IMG/VR virus record: IMGVR_UViG_3300017987_000063
Span: 26,972 to 90,971 of that record
Length of the DNA: 64,000 nucleotides
DNA from: a virus
Strand: one strand, 5' to 3'
Program-made: the position numbers and the translations under genes
Notes under the pieces: generated by a model
Told to the model about the DNA's origin: nothing
The model's database searches: none
Seen by the model: the letters and a program-made list of their open reading frames with translations, nothing else
Part shown: piece after piece, positions 51,840 to 61,061 of the stretch
How positions within the stretch are numbered: position 1 is the stretch's first letter
Layout of the letters: every line of letters begins with the position of its first letter

Positions 51840-53537
51840 TTATCCTACCCTCATTATTTCTGCGCGGGCTCGCCGCATACTTACGCTCTGGCCCGGTACA
51901 GATGTGCCAAACTCCAATATAATGACATCAGTGCCCGCTCCAAGTCCATCGGGTACTATAAATTCTTTGAACACCGTGACTCGTCGGTAATCCGCGCCAT
52001 TATATTGGGAATTGAAGTAAAATTCCCCGTAAATATCTCCCGTGCGGCTATTACGTATTCTGGCCAAGCAAGCGCGAGGCGGACTTGTTGCATCCCCACG
52101 CCCTTCCGTGGTAACGCTACACATATAACGACCGGGATAAGCATGGTCAACACTTGTGGTAAGCATCGTTGCACCATAAGCTGCTAAGGTTGTGGCAACA
52201 ACTGGCTCCTGCTCCTGATAATCCTGCTGGTAAGGCACCGTGCGCTGAGTTAAATACAAGGTCTGCCCGCTGATATTGGTTACCTTCTGCTCGTTATAAG
52301 TCGTATTATGGAAGAAGATTTCTACTGTGCCCAATCCAGCCACAAAATAGACATCAACGTTCGAATATGCCTGTGGATATTCTTCTCCCAGCACCGTGTT
52401 ATACAGGTTCAACCAGTTATTTTGGGCAGATGTAAACTGCTCGTCCAATATCAACGAGTTTTTGGCAATCAACCGGCAACTTTCTATGCTGAGTGCGCCA
52501 CCGGGATACCGAAGAGCGCTTGCCGATGTAGTACCCTGTAAATTCCTTATCTGAAGGTTGTTTATATGCGGGTCTGGCCAAGCAGTATCGTCTATCCAAA
52601 CGCCGCATGTTGGAACATCGGCAACATTCGGAGCGCCCAGCAGCATATAAACATCGTTTGCGTAACGCAAAAGCTCCTGTAATGTGCTGGGATCTATTCC
52701 AGATTTTCCTGCCGCTGGGATGCCAAGCAGGGTATTTGCCGTTCCGGAACCCGTGACGATAACCTCGTTATTGCTATCATTGCAGCCAATCTGGACATAG
52801 CCTGTTCCACCAATATTTGTTCCCACTTCAACGGCCTTAATATTCCCTGTGGCCGCCGCATTTATCCTCGCCGCAACCAATGCCGCCGTAGTATCTCCTG
52901 CTTGGAAAGTTACGGTAAAAGGCGTTCCGGCAGGGCCTTGCTGGATTATCAAAGTCTCTCCGCCCACAATGGCAAAAGGCTCTGGAATACCGGAGTAAAC
53001 GCTCACGCTGTCCCGTACCCACCAGCCTAGTTTTACAGTACCCGCCCCAATTCCGTAAAGTCCCAGTCCATCTAAACCTCCGATCCCGCTTTGAATGAGA
53101 AAATCCGTATTTCCCGCTCCTGTATACCCCAATCCGGTCGAACGAATACCATCGCCCTTGAGCCACACCCAGTCGGGAATAACAAGTTTATCAACGGCAA
53201 AATCCTCTTGCGCGAGCCATAGAACATAGCGTTTAGTGGGAGAAGGGGCTTCAGGATCGCCAATAGCAATCAAGTTATTCAGATAAGTGATGGCAGCCTG
53301 TATAGTGTTAAACTGGTCTTTAAATCCGCGATACCCGCTGCCGACCCATAAAATCCTGTTAAAATATGGAGTATCGCCCCAAATAACGCCGCCCACACCA
53401 TCTGGCTGGAGGCGTTTATCGGGGTTTGACTCTACCGTGGTCAAGCCTTCAACCGTACCCCCGCCGCCACCCCCTGTCCCCAAGAGAACGCCATCGAGGA
53501 TAACTTTAAAGGCATCATAATCTATGGCATTGCTCAT
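51840..53537 (-). CDS. Virion structural protein (possible head/neck fibre with a beta-helix-like region)
   Basis: FNTIQAAI...IPDWVWLKGDG beta-helix start and an inserted domain resembling the capsid insertion. Confidence 0.6.
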   Translation of the reverse strand: MSNAIDYDAFKVILDGVLLGTGGGGGGTVEGLTTVESNPDKRLQPDGVGGVIWGDTPYFNRILWVGSGYRGFKDQFNTIQAAITYLNNLIAIGDPEAPSPTKRYVLWLAQEDFAVDKLVIPDWVWLKGDGIRSTGLGYTGAGNTDFLIQSGIGGLDGLGLYGIGAGTVKLGWWVRDSVSVYSGIPEPFAIVGGETLIIQQGPAGTPFTVTFQAGDTTAALVAARINAAATGNIKAVEVGTNIGGTGYVQIGCNDSNNEVIVTGSGTANTLLGIPAAGKSGIDPSTLQELLRYANDVYMLLGAPNVADVPTCGVWIDDTAWPDPHINNLQIRNLQGTTSASALRYPGGALSIESCRLIAKNSLILDEQFTSAQNNWLNLYNTVLGEEYPQAYSNVDVYFVAGLGTVEIFFHNTTYNEQKVTNISGQTLYLTQRTVPYQQDYQEQEPVVATTLAAYGATMLTTSVDHAYPGRYMCSVTTEGRGDATSPPRACLARIRNSRTGDIYGEFYFNSQYNGADYRRVTVFKEFIVPDGLGAGTDVIILEFGTSVPGQSVSMRRARAEIMRVG

Positions 53538-53875
53538 CCTTTCAAGTCCTCCTCAACCACTTCCGCCCGCATTGCGGACGTTGCGCCAGTGGTTATGATT
53601 TCCAGATGCTCGGTAACGTCCAGCGGTATGGTTCCCAATACCAGAATGGACAGGTTTGTGTTGCCGGTGAGCCGTAAAACGTCAAGCCGCATATTATCTT
53701 CGCTCACTATTTGAATAGCCACGTTCTTGGCTTCCGCCCCGACGTACATGCCTATTCGGACGATTTTCGTTCCCGTGCGGTCATCTGTTGGGTTATCGAA
53801 AAAACGGCCTTTCCCCGCTGAACCGTCAAACTGCTGTCCTGCCGCTATTGTCTGAATATGCTGTTCAAATGCCAT
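53534..53875 (-). CDS. Hypothetical virion protein
   Basis: GAGAGG RBS. Confidence 0.6.
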   Translation of the reverse strand: MAFEQHIQTIAAGQQFDGSAGKGRFFDNPTDDRTGTKIVRIGMYVGAEAKNVAIQIVSEDNMRLDVLRLTGNTNLSILVLGTIPLDVTEHLEIITTGATSAMRAEVVEEDLKG

Positions 53876-53888
53876 AATTACCTCTCAC

Positions 53889-53904
53889 GCGCAATCACTT
53901 GCGC
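53889..53904. repeat. 16-bp quasi-palindrome, copy 7
   Basis: Exact copy filling the gap between a stop codon and the next RBS. Confidence 0.85.
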
Positions 53905-53905
53905 C

Positions 53906-54340
53906 TTATGTAGCCTCCGCATACTTATCAGAATCCCGCTTAAACACCACAAAAACTATGTGTGGCTCGCCTCTCAGGTGTCCCTGCGGTCTTACCTCCT
54001 CAACGCGAAAATCAGCGGCCACGCCGCCAATAGAGGCTATTCTGTCCCCTATTTTAAAGCTGGTAAGGGTCAACCCTTGCGATTCCAGATATTCCTTCGT
54101 AAAAACCAGCCTTCCATCGGCATCGGGCACGTCGCCCGCCCAGTTTGGATTTGCCTCGTCCTTTTTCTTGTATGCGACCTGCGCTTCCAGTGCAAGCTCC
54201 GTAAACGTCTTTTCCAGCCCCCCGATAGGCTCCTCAAAGTCGGGGTCAACGTCCGGCTCTGTTAAATCCAGTATCCGCATAATTACCGGCACAGGATTGT
54301 ACCGGCGCGGGTATGGAGGAGGTAAAAACGAGAGAGCCAT
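53906..54340 (-). CDS. Head closure (stopper) protein
   Basis: Size and position after the adaptor; KIGDRI...FRVEEVRP. Confidence 0.6.
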   Translation of the reverse strand: MALSFLPPPYPRRYNPVPVIMRILDLTEPDVDPDFEEPIGGLEKTFTELALEAQVAYKKKDEANPNWAGDVPDADGRLVFTKEYLESQGLTLTSFKIGDRIASIGGVAADFRVEEVRPQGHLRGEPHIVFVVFKRDSDKYAEAT

Positions 54341-55338
54341 TATACAAACCCCACATAAGGCGGCTGGGAATAGCGGGCTAGAATTAAATCAAGCTGGACA
54401 TCCCCTGTTATTACTCCCAGCCCCCCGCCTGCCGCCTGTGCGCGGGAAGCAGAACTCTCAAGCTGGTAAGAATATCCATCCGTCCGCTCCATGATAATCC
54501 GGTTCGGATCTATCCCGCCCCCGCCGCCGCTTCCGCTGGCATACTGGAGAACCAATGCCTCTACCAGCCGCCGAATATCCACCGGAATCTGCCCGTAAAC
54601 CTTAACGTCCGCGCCCGCCGCTATAGGCAGGCCGCCTCTGTAGGTTACGGCATCCACTGTTACCTTGTTATTAAGAGCATCCACTGCCTGAACAATAAGT
54701 TGTAAAATATCCGCAGGAGCAGACACACTGGCGGGGGACACAATAACGTCCAAGACATCGTCCACGCCAATCCAGCCAGTGGCGTTTGATAACTCGGTAA
54801 GCTCTATCTCGGTATCCCCTTCACTTATATCCGCCGCTGTGGTAGTCTCGAAGTGCTTATCTCCGAACCCCTCCAGCCATCCGAAGGCTCCATTAACCAC
54901 CACATTACCCCTGCCACGCGGGAACCATCCTCCGACAAGCTGTAAAACCCTGTTATCATGGGTCAACTGGTAGTCTGAATCGGCAATCATACTGCTTCCG
55001 CTTGTCCCAAATGGAAATCGGCGCGGGGCTGCCCTGAATGAGCCTGAAGGCCCCAATACCCTCTCCATGCCGGTAAGCTCTCCGGTTGTTTTATCGTAAT
55101 CAATCTCTACTGAATCAAGCTGTAAAATAGGAACGAGGTCGGGACGGTGCGTGAGGGGGTCTCCCTTACCATTCCACCGCCCGACCTCATATCTTGGAGC
55201 AAAAAACTGCCCTGTCTGCGCCTCCACGAAGGAGCTTGCCGCAGCTATCAGTCGCAAAAGGTCGGCATCAGGAACCGCAACTGCTGTGATTCCCAATGCC
55301 CTCATTCTTGCGATGGTAGTATACAGGGCACGGGGCAC
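54340..55338 (-). CDS. Head-tail adaptor protein
   Basis: YTT...LIAAASSFVEAQTGQFF...IPVDIR...ERTDGYSY...ILARY. Confidence 0.7.
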   Translation of the reverse strand: MPRALYTTIARMRALGITAVAVPDADLLRLIAAASSFVEAQTGQFFAPRYEVGRWNGKGDPLTHRPDLVPILQLDSVEIDYDKTTGELTGMERVLGPSGSFRAAPRRFPFGTSGSSMIADSDYQLTHDNRVLQLVGGWFPRGRGNVVVNGAFGWLEGFGDKHFETTTAADISEGDTEIELTELSNATGWIGVDDVLDVIVSPASVSAPADILQLIVQAVDALNNKVTVDAVTYRGGLPIAAGADVKVYGQIPVDIRRLVEALVLQYASGSGGGGGIDPNRIIMERTDGYSYQLESSASRAQAAGGGLGVITGDVQLDLILARYSQPPYVGFV

Positions 55339-55347
55339 TGTTTACTC

Positions 55348-55818
55348 CTATTCGGCAACGCAGGCTTTCGAGCCGACGTGCCTTTTTATTCCCGCCTCCG
55401 TACCAAGTTCCTTTCCGCAAAGGATACACTTGTACGGTGGCCCGCCAGCCGCAAGCGTGCGCTCCACGGCCTGCTCTTGTGTAAGCTCTACCACAGCCTC
55501 TTTTGCGGGAGGCTGGGGGGTTGTGCTTGCAATAACGGCCCTGTCTGCCTGCCGAGCCGCAAGAGCGCGTTTGGCCTCATCGATTGCCGAAAGAGTGCGG
55601 CTGGAAAGGGGCTTTGTACCGGTGAAAACTTCCACCAGCGGCTTGCCTTTATCGTCGCACTCCACCAAATCTCTGGGGCGGGATCGGAATTGACCTGCGT
55701 CCCTTTCATCTTTCACAGGCGTGGGCCGGCCCTTTACGAACAAGTAATGCCTGCCCGACAATCCTATTACTCGCAAGGAACGGGAATTGACCAGATCGAA
55801 ATACGCTATCGCGCTCAT
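55348..55818 (-). CDS. Capsid-adjacent protein with a C2H2-like zinc finger
   Basis: YKCILCGKELGTEAGIKRH. Confidence 0.65.
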   Translation of the reverse strand: MSAIAYFDLVNSRSLRVIGLSGRHYLFVKGRPTPVKDERDAGQFRSRPRDLVECDDKGKPLVEVFTGTKPLSSRTLSAIDEAKRALAARQADRAVIASTTPQPPAKEAVVELTQEQAVERTLAAGGPPYKCILCGKELGTEAGIKRHVGSKACVAE

Positions 55819-55863
55819 GACATCCTCCTTAGATTAAGAATTTTTGGGCAGAAGCCCGCTCAA

Positions 55864-57171
55864 CTAGAGCGGGCGACGCCTTATGTTCTTACCCTTGACG
55901 ATGCCATCGAGATTTTCAATCGCGGCAGCGACCTCGTTGTAAATCACGACCTCAATGCGGTCATAATCCTTCTCGAATTCGCTGTAAACGCGGGTGGCAT
56001 CCAGCATACCCCAAATCCAGTTCATGGGATTGCCGAGCCATATAAAGGTTCCCTCGTTCACGGTGCCGGAGCCGGCCGCCGAACCGGTATAAACCGCAGC
56101 GGTAAAGCCGATGGTGGTATTGGCGTTTCCAGCGTTAATCGTGAAGGTTGCGCCCGCGCCAGTATCCGTTGTAATCAACTGAACCTGTCCGAGGCCATTA
56201 TCCGATGCGACCACGTTGGTGATCGGGCCGGGAGCAGCCGCAGCCAGAGCCAGATTGATTTCACGCGCCACACGTACAGGCTCAAGCACGCCCTGCGGCA
56301 GCGTAACCGTAGCGGTATTCGCGCCCACAGTAATGCTCAAGGTGTCATTAGTGCCGGTGATTATCTCGAAGGGGCCGAATTCCACGCCAACGTGCCGCGC
56401 CGGTGTAGCAGTAGCTACCGAAACCGGCAGGTTGGAGGGTATCAGCGGAACGACCAGAGCGGGGATGCCAAGCGGCATGTTGCTGTTACCGCGCAGAGCT
56501 TCATCGCCCATCGCCGTTTCCCTGTCGCCGATATAATCCAGCCAGTCAATGTTGGCCACACGGCTCATCATCCAGCGCAGGTCGGGGTCTTGGAGATACT
56601 GCTCCGGCATGGTGCGTATCATTTCCGCAAAAAGGCCCTTGTTTACCGTGTTCGCGCCCGCGTCCAGTACGTGTGCGCCTTCGGTCAAGAGTCCCCAGCC
56701 ATCGAGTACCTTTAAGAGTTCCTGCAGCGGAGTCGTGCCTACAATACTGGTGTCGCCCTGAATGGCCAGAAGTTCCATATCGGTGGCTATCCGTTTAGTA
56801 ACCATCTCCAGCACGGTGCTCTCTATATCCTCGAACTCGATGTTCACCTGCATCGCCTCGGTGGTAATGTAGTAGAACGTCTTTACCTTGCTGGTGATTA
56901 GCTCCACCTGATTGAACTTAGGCCCAATCGGGTTGGACGAAGCATCGGTGTTCTCGCCAATACCCCGCGTAATGGGTTCGCCGAGATGGATTTTATCGAT
57001 TTGATACCGCTTTGTCGGCATATCAATAAAACGAACGGCGGCCAACATGACCGCAAATTCCTTTACCAGCCTGACAAATTCAGCCTGCTGGGTGGGGTTA
57101 ATCTGCCCACCGGCGAAAAAGTCGCTGGATTCTAGCGCCTTCTGAAGAAGGACTTCGTTGGGGTTACCCAT
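55864..57171 (-). CDS. Major capsid protein (HK97 fold) with an inserted ~125 aa domain
   Basis: GGQINPTQQAEF...EDIE...IATDMELLAIQGD...DGW; follows the protease gene. Confidence 0.88.
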   Translation of the reverse strand: MGNPNEVLLQKALESSDFFAGGQINPTQQAEFVRLVKEFAVMLAAVRFIDMPTKRYQIDKIHLGEPITRGIGENTDASSNPIGPKFNQVELITSKVKTFYYITTEAMQVNIEFEDIESTVLEMVTKRIATDMELLAIQGDTSIVGTTPLQELLKVLDGWGLLTEGAHVLDAGANTVNKGLFAEMIRTMPEQYLQDPDLRWMMSRVANIDWLDYIGDRETAMGDEALRGNSNMPLGIPALVVPLIPSNLPVSVATATPARHVGVEFGPFEIITGTNDTLSITVGANTATVTLPQGVLEPVRVAREINLALAAAAPGPITNVVASDNGLGQVQLITTDTGAGATFTINAGNANTTIGFTAAVYTGSAAGSGTVNEGTFIWLGNPMNWIWGMLDATRVYSEFEKDYDRIEVVIYNEVAAAIENLDGIVKGKNIRRRPL

Positions 57172-57204
57172 CTTTCAAACCTCCTGATTTTACTTTTTTA
57201 CCCC

Positions 57205-60200
57205 TTACTCTGAAGGGGGTGGTTCCGTTTTTGCTGTGGTTTCGATTTCCGCCTGTCGCTTCATCCGCGCAACGCCGACCGAGGGAATGACACCTGTCCA
57301 GATGCCGCGCCGCTTGGTCTCCGAGCCGGGGCCTTCCTGCCCATCCTTGCTCTTTTTAATGCCGGATACGTTTTCCACCGCCTCAAGGCGAGTGCCGATG
57401 CCTTTTACCAGTCCGACAAGCTCTTCGAGGCTTTTCTTGACCTCTCCATCTTGCTCATCGGCAGGCGGGGCATCCTCCTCATCATCCGTTTTTTTACCTT
57501 CATCGGTCTCAGGCGGGGTCTCCGGAGCTTCCTCTTCCTTTTTGGCCTCGTCCTTGCCCTTCGGCTCTTCGGCTTCCTCTTTTTTCAGGAGCGGGGCAAG
57601 TTGTTCGAGCACCAGCTTGGCGGCCTTTTCCGCGATTTTATCGCCGTCCACCGCAGGCTGGGAAGGCTCTTCTGGAGCTTCCTCTTCGATTTTCAGACCG
57701 ACTTTGGCGGCCAGTTTGACCACCGATTCCTTCAGCATGGAAATGTCCGCGCCTTCCTCCATCTGCTCCAGAACATCGGAAGCCGTCTGGAGTAGTGTGG
57801 CTCCGCGCTCAACCTTTTCCATTTTCGGATCGGGGGCTTTAAAGCCGAGTGCGTGGGCTATCTTGGCCATTATGCCGACCGTAGCCTTTTCCTCGGCGGT
57901 TTTTTCGGGTGTTTCCTCCTTATGCTCCTCAGTCTTGGCGGCAGGCTCTTCCGCCGGGGGAGTCTCAGGAGCAGGAGAGGCCTTCGGCTCTTCCGTAGCC
58001 GCATCCGCGCCCTTTAATTGCTCTTTTTCCAATTTGATTTCCTCCTTGAGATATTCGTCGAGCCATGCCATGTCCTCTCCCTGCTGTTTAAAGAATTCCT
58101 TAAACCATGCAAGGTATTCGGTGTCAAGCTCGCCAACTTTCAACTCTTTTGCGGCCTCTTTCCGCAGCGGGGGCGGAGTCATCTCAAACTGCTCGCGGGC
58201 ATGTCGCGCCAGATGGTTGTAAACCCCCTGCCGCTCGCCTGCGGGAAGCTGGGTTCCTCCCCGCGCTCCGTTAACTGCCGCAATAGCCGCAATCACGCCC
58301 CTTCGGAACGTCCTCATCTGGCCATTTTCCAGTTTGTGGTGCGGCAACTTATACGCAGCCCTTACACGCGGTGGGCCTGCTTCGCCCTCACGCGCCATCG
58401 CGGGGTCGAAATAAGCATGCGCCTCTCGGTACATGCCCCATGCCTGCGCAGAGTCCTCGCCACCATTCGCGTTAATAATGGCGGTGCCTTCCGCTGGAGT
58501 AAAGCTCCACGTTGTAGACTGGGACACTGGATAAGCCCTGTAACCAACCACGGTCTTGTCCAGATCGTCCAGCAAGTCGGGGTTAATGTCGCTTTTTTCG
58601 GCGGGGTTGTACTCGGCCAAGGCAGTATAAAGCAGGCGGTTGCCGATTTTACCGTACCCCCTGCCAACTACTACCCTTTTGACGCCTCCTCCCGCTACAA
58701 TCCCTTGTGCGGTAGTCATAGCAGTAAGCCGGTTCACCGGCCCCAACTGTTTTAGCCGAGACGTCCCATCCTTGCTCTCCAGAAGCAGGCCATAGGTCTG
58801 TTTTACGTCGCCAAGTTTGGCCTCTTCGGGATTTTTCTGGAAGGTCTCCACGCTACCATCGGGAAGGGATGCGAAGAGGAGTGCGCCGGGGTCTTTCCTT
58901 GTAACTTCATTCGGCATAATCAGTATCTCCTCGTTCAGTTTTGCGAGTTCGCCTTCAAGATCGAAGGTATGATAATGCGCCCCTGCCACAGACTCTTCCC
59001 GGTTGCCACGATTCCATCGTGGGTATGGCCACTCCGTAGTGCGCCGCTCACCCGGTTCAACCCTGTGAGAATGGTTCATATCCTCGCTGGTTTTTCCCCG
59101 TATCACATCTCCTTGATTATCTATTTCAAGGTGCAGTTCGTGGCTGTGATCCTCAGCCGAAGCGGTGCGGAACTTCAGCTTGCGGATACCCAGCACCACG
59201 AGATTCGGGTCTCCCGGATACCACACCTCATCAACAGCCTGCTTTTCAACGTCAAGTGCCTTTTCCACGGACATCCTGCGTTCCAACTCGGACACGGCCT
59301 TCGGCTGAAGTATCTGTAACTCCATAACCGATGGCACCGGCCAAATATTGGAATAGGCTGAACTGCCGGGGAGCGGGCGACCTTTGGCCACAAAGGGGAA
59401 GGGACCTCCGATAAGTTTCCCATTATCGTCAAACTCCCTGTCTCCTTTGCCCGCCATCTGCGAAGGTAGAGCAGTCACATAAACAGCAGCATATTTCCCT
59501 GTAGGGTCAAGCCCAACGTTGGGCAGGCTGGTATCCTCTGCGCCAATAAAAGTCCCGAACACAGGCAACTTACCATTTTGCCCCAACTTCTCGGTATTCG
59601 GGACACCGGCTTCCTTCATGTAGTCTCGTAACCGCTCAATCTCATCCGCGTCCGTAACCGCCGGAAGCTCTATTTTCTCGCCCGGCAGCTTGTCGGCCAA
59701 GCCTTCCACAGTGACGTTCATGAGATAAGCGTTATATCCTTTGCGCCGCATTTCCACAAAGGTCGGCAATTCCTTGAGAGTGCGCTGGCGGAGGGGGGCA
59801 GCATCCTCGTCATCCGTCTCCTCACGCGGGCCTCCGCCCATCATAATAAGGCCGGGAAGGAATTTTTCGACCTCTCCTTCCGGTAGCTCCAGTTCCTTCC
59901 ATACCTCGTCCGGTATGTCCAGCGATTTCATTATCGCCGACCTGAAGCCGCCGGTGCGGTCGTTCATTGCCCGGTGCGCACGGGTCGTGGTAACGTGTTC
60001 AAGGTCTAAATCGTCAAGGTAACGCTTGTCCCCGACCTTAAACAAAGCTCGCGGGTTACTGCGGTTCGGCTTGCCGCCGATGGAAAGCTGCTTGTCGCAT
60101 GTGCCCCCCGTTGTAAGCTCCCATAAATCCTGCGCCTGCGGGTACTTTTTATCCAGCATGAAGTCCAGTTCAAGCGCAACTGATTGCGGGCCATTATGCC

Positions 60201-60450
60201 CCTTCAGTATGCGCCCATCCACGGCTTTGCCGAATTCAAAGCTATCTTTATGGGAATTTAGGAGAGGAACACCGGTAGTCTTGACCTTGCGAAGCATGCG
60301 CTCCATGCACCGCTCGGTCACAACGTCATTGATAACATCCGCCCCATTATCGGTGGCTATGGCGGAGACTATCCACTTTCCATCGTCTGTCTCGCGGGCC
60401 TTCACCACGTCCATTTCAAATTCGAACCGGTGATCTGCGAAACGTTCCAT
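57205..60450 (-). CDS. Prohead protease fused to extra domains and a C-terminal scaffold
   Basis: N-terminal IAT...D...DVV, H, LSIGG and LEHVTTT protease motifs; acidic coiled-coil C-terminus. Confidence 0.8.
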   Translation of the reverse strand: MERFADHRFEFEMDVVKARETDDGKWIVSAIATDNGADVINDVVTERCMERMLRKVKTTGVPLLNSHKDSFEFGKAVDGRILKGHNGPQSVALELDFMLDKKYPQAQDLWELTTGGTCDKQLSIGGKPNRSNPRALFKVGDKRYLDDLDLEHVTTTRAHRAMNDRTGGFRSAIMKSLDIPDEVWKELELPEGEVEKFLPGLIMMGGGPREETDDEDAAPLRQRTLKELPTFVEMRRKGYNAYLMNVTVEGLADKLPGEKIELPAVTDADEIERLRDYMKEAGVPNTEKLGQNGKLPVFGTFIGAEDTSLPNVGLDPTGKYAAVYVTALPSQMAGKGDREFDDNGKLIGGPFPFVAKGRPLPGSSAYSNIWPVPSVMELQILQPKAVSELERRMSVEKALDVEKQAVDEVWYPGDPNLVVLGIRKLKFRTASAEDHSHELHLEIDNQGDVIRGKTSEDMNHSHRVEPGERRTTEWPYPRWNRGNREESVAGAHYHTFDLEGELAKLNEEILIMPNEVTRKDPGALLFASLPDGSVETFQKNPEEAKLGDVKQTYGLLLESKDGTSRLKQLGPVNRLTAMTTAQGIVAGGGVKRVVVGRGYGKIGNRLLYTALAEYNPAEKSDINPDLLDDLDKTVVGYRAYPVSQSTTWSFTPAEGTAIINANGGEDSAQAWGMYREAHAYFDPAMAREGEAGPPRVRAAYKLPHHKLENGQMRTFRRGVIAAIAAVNGARGGTQLPAGERQGVYNHLARHAREQFEMTPPPLRKEAAKELKVGELDTEYLAWFKEFFKQQGEDMAWLDEYLKEEIKLEKEQLKGADAATEEPKASPAPETPPAEEPAAKTEEHKEETPEKTAEEKATVGIMAKIAHALGFKAPDPKMEKVERGATLLQTASDVLEQMEEGADISMLKESVVKLAAKVGLKIEEEAPEEPSQPAVDGDKIAEKAAKLVLEQLAPLLKKEEAEEPKGKDEAKKEEEAPETPPETDEGKKTDDEEDAPPADEQDGEVKKSLEELVGLVKGIGTRLEAVENVSGIKKSKDGQEGPGSETKRRGIWTGVIPSVGVARMKRQAEIETTAKTEPPPSE

Positions 60451-60469
60451 AATTTTCTCCCAAATTAAA

Positions 60470-60503
60470 AGCCGCGCATAGGCTTTTTATGCCTTGCGCG
60501 GCT
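60470..60503. promoter_or_regulatory. Hairpin upstream of the protease gene
   Basis: AGCCGCGCA/TGCGCGGCT inverted repeat. Confidence 0.4.
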
Positions 60504-60782
60504 CTCAGTGATACCATTTTGGCCATTTCTGGCCTTTAGCTCAACGAGATACCGCTGCTTATTTTCGGTTCTTTCGGAAGAACCGCACCGCCCCATTTTC
60601 TATGGGACGCGGGCTCGCGGGCACGGCTATCACATCGCCGTGCTGGATAACTCCATCCTGAATTTTGAAACGAATAACCGCGTCCCCGTGGAAACCTTTG
60701 CCGCATTCGCGGCTCATGGTGCCCACTGCTTTTTCTACGAGGCGGTCATTAGGGTTCCTGCTCAGGGCTTATCCTCTCGCTG

Positions 60783-60977
60783 TTATTTCTTGGACTTTGC
60801 ACGCCCGCCGCTGCGGGTCTGGTTCCATGCGCCGAGGTTCGGCATCTTTTCGCTGGAGCGGGTAGCGGGGCTCCTCATCGGGTCGTTCTGCTGTGATCCG
60901 GTCGGAACTACGTCTGTGCGCCTTCCGGCTACAGGGGTCGCTCTCGGTGCCATCGGTGCAGCTTGGTTTTTCGCCAT
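60783..60977 (-). CDS. Small basic hypothetical protein
   Basis: AGGAGG RBS. Confidence 0.55.
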   Translation of the reverse strand: MAKNQAAPMAPRATPVAGRRTDVVPTGSQQNDPMRSPATRSSEKMPNLGAWNQTRSGGRAKSKK

Positions 60978-61061
60978 TTTTACTTTCCTCCTTGTTAAAA
61001 GTCCGGACTTATTAGATTTTTTCGATCTATGTTATAATTTTAGACTATGGTTTTTGGGTTG

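Noticed and set aside
10885-53904. CRISPR array explanation for the repeats
   Set aside because: The copies are kilobases apart with no repeat-spacer periodicity, and there are no cas genes.
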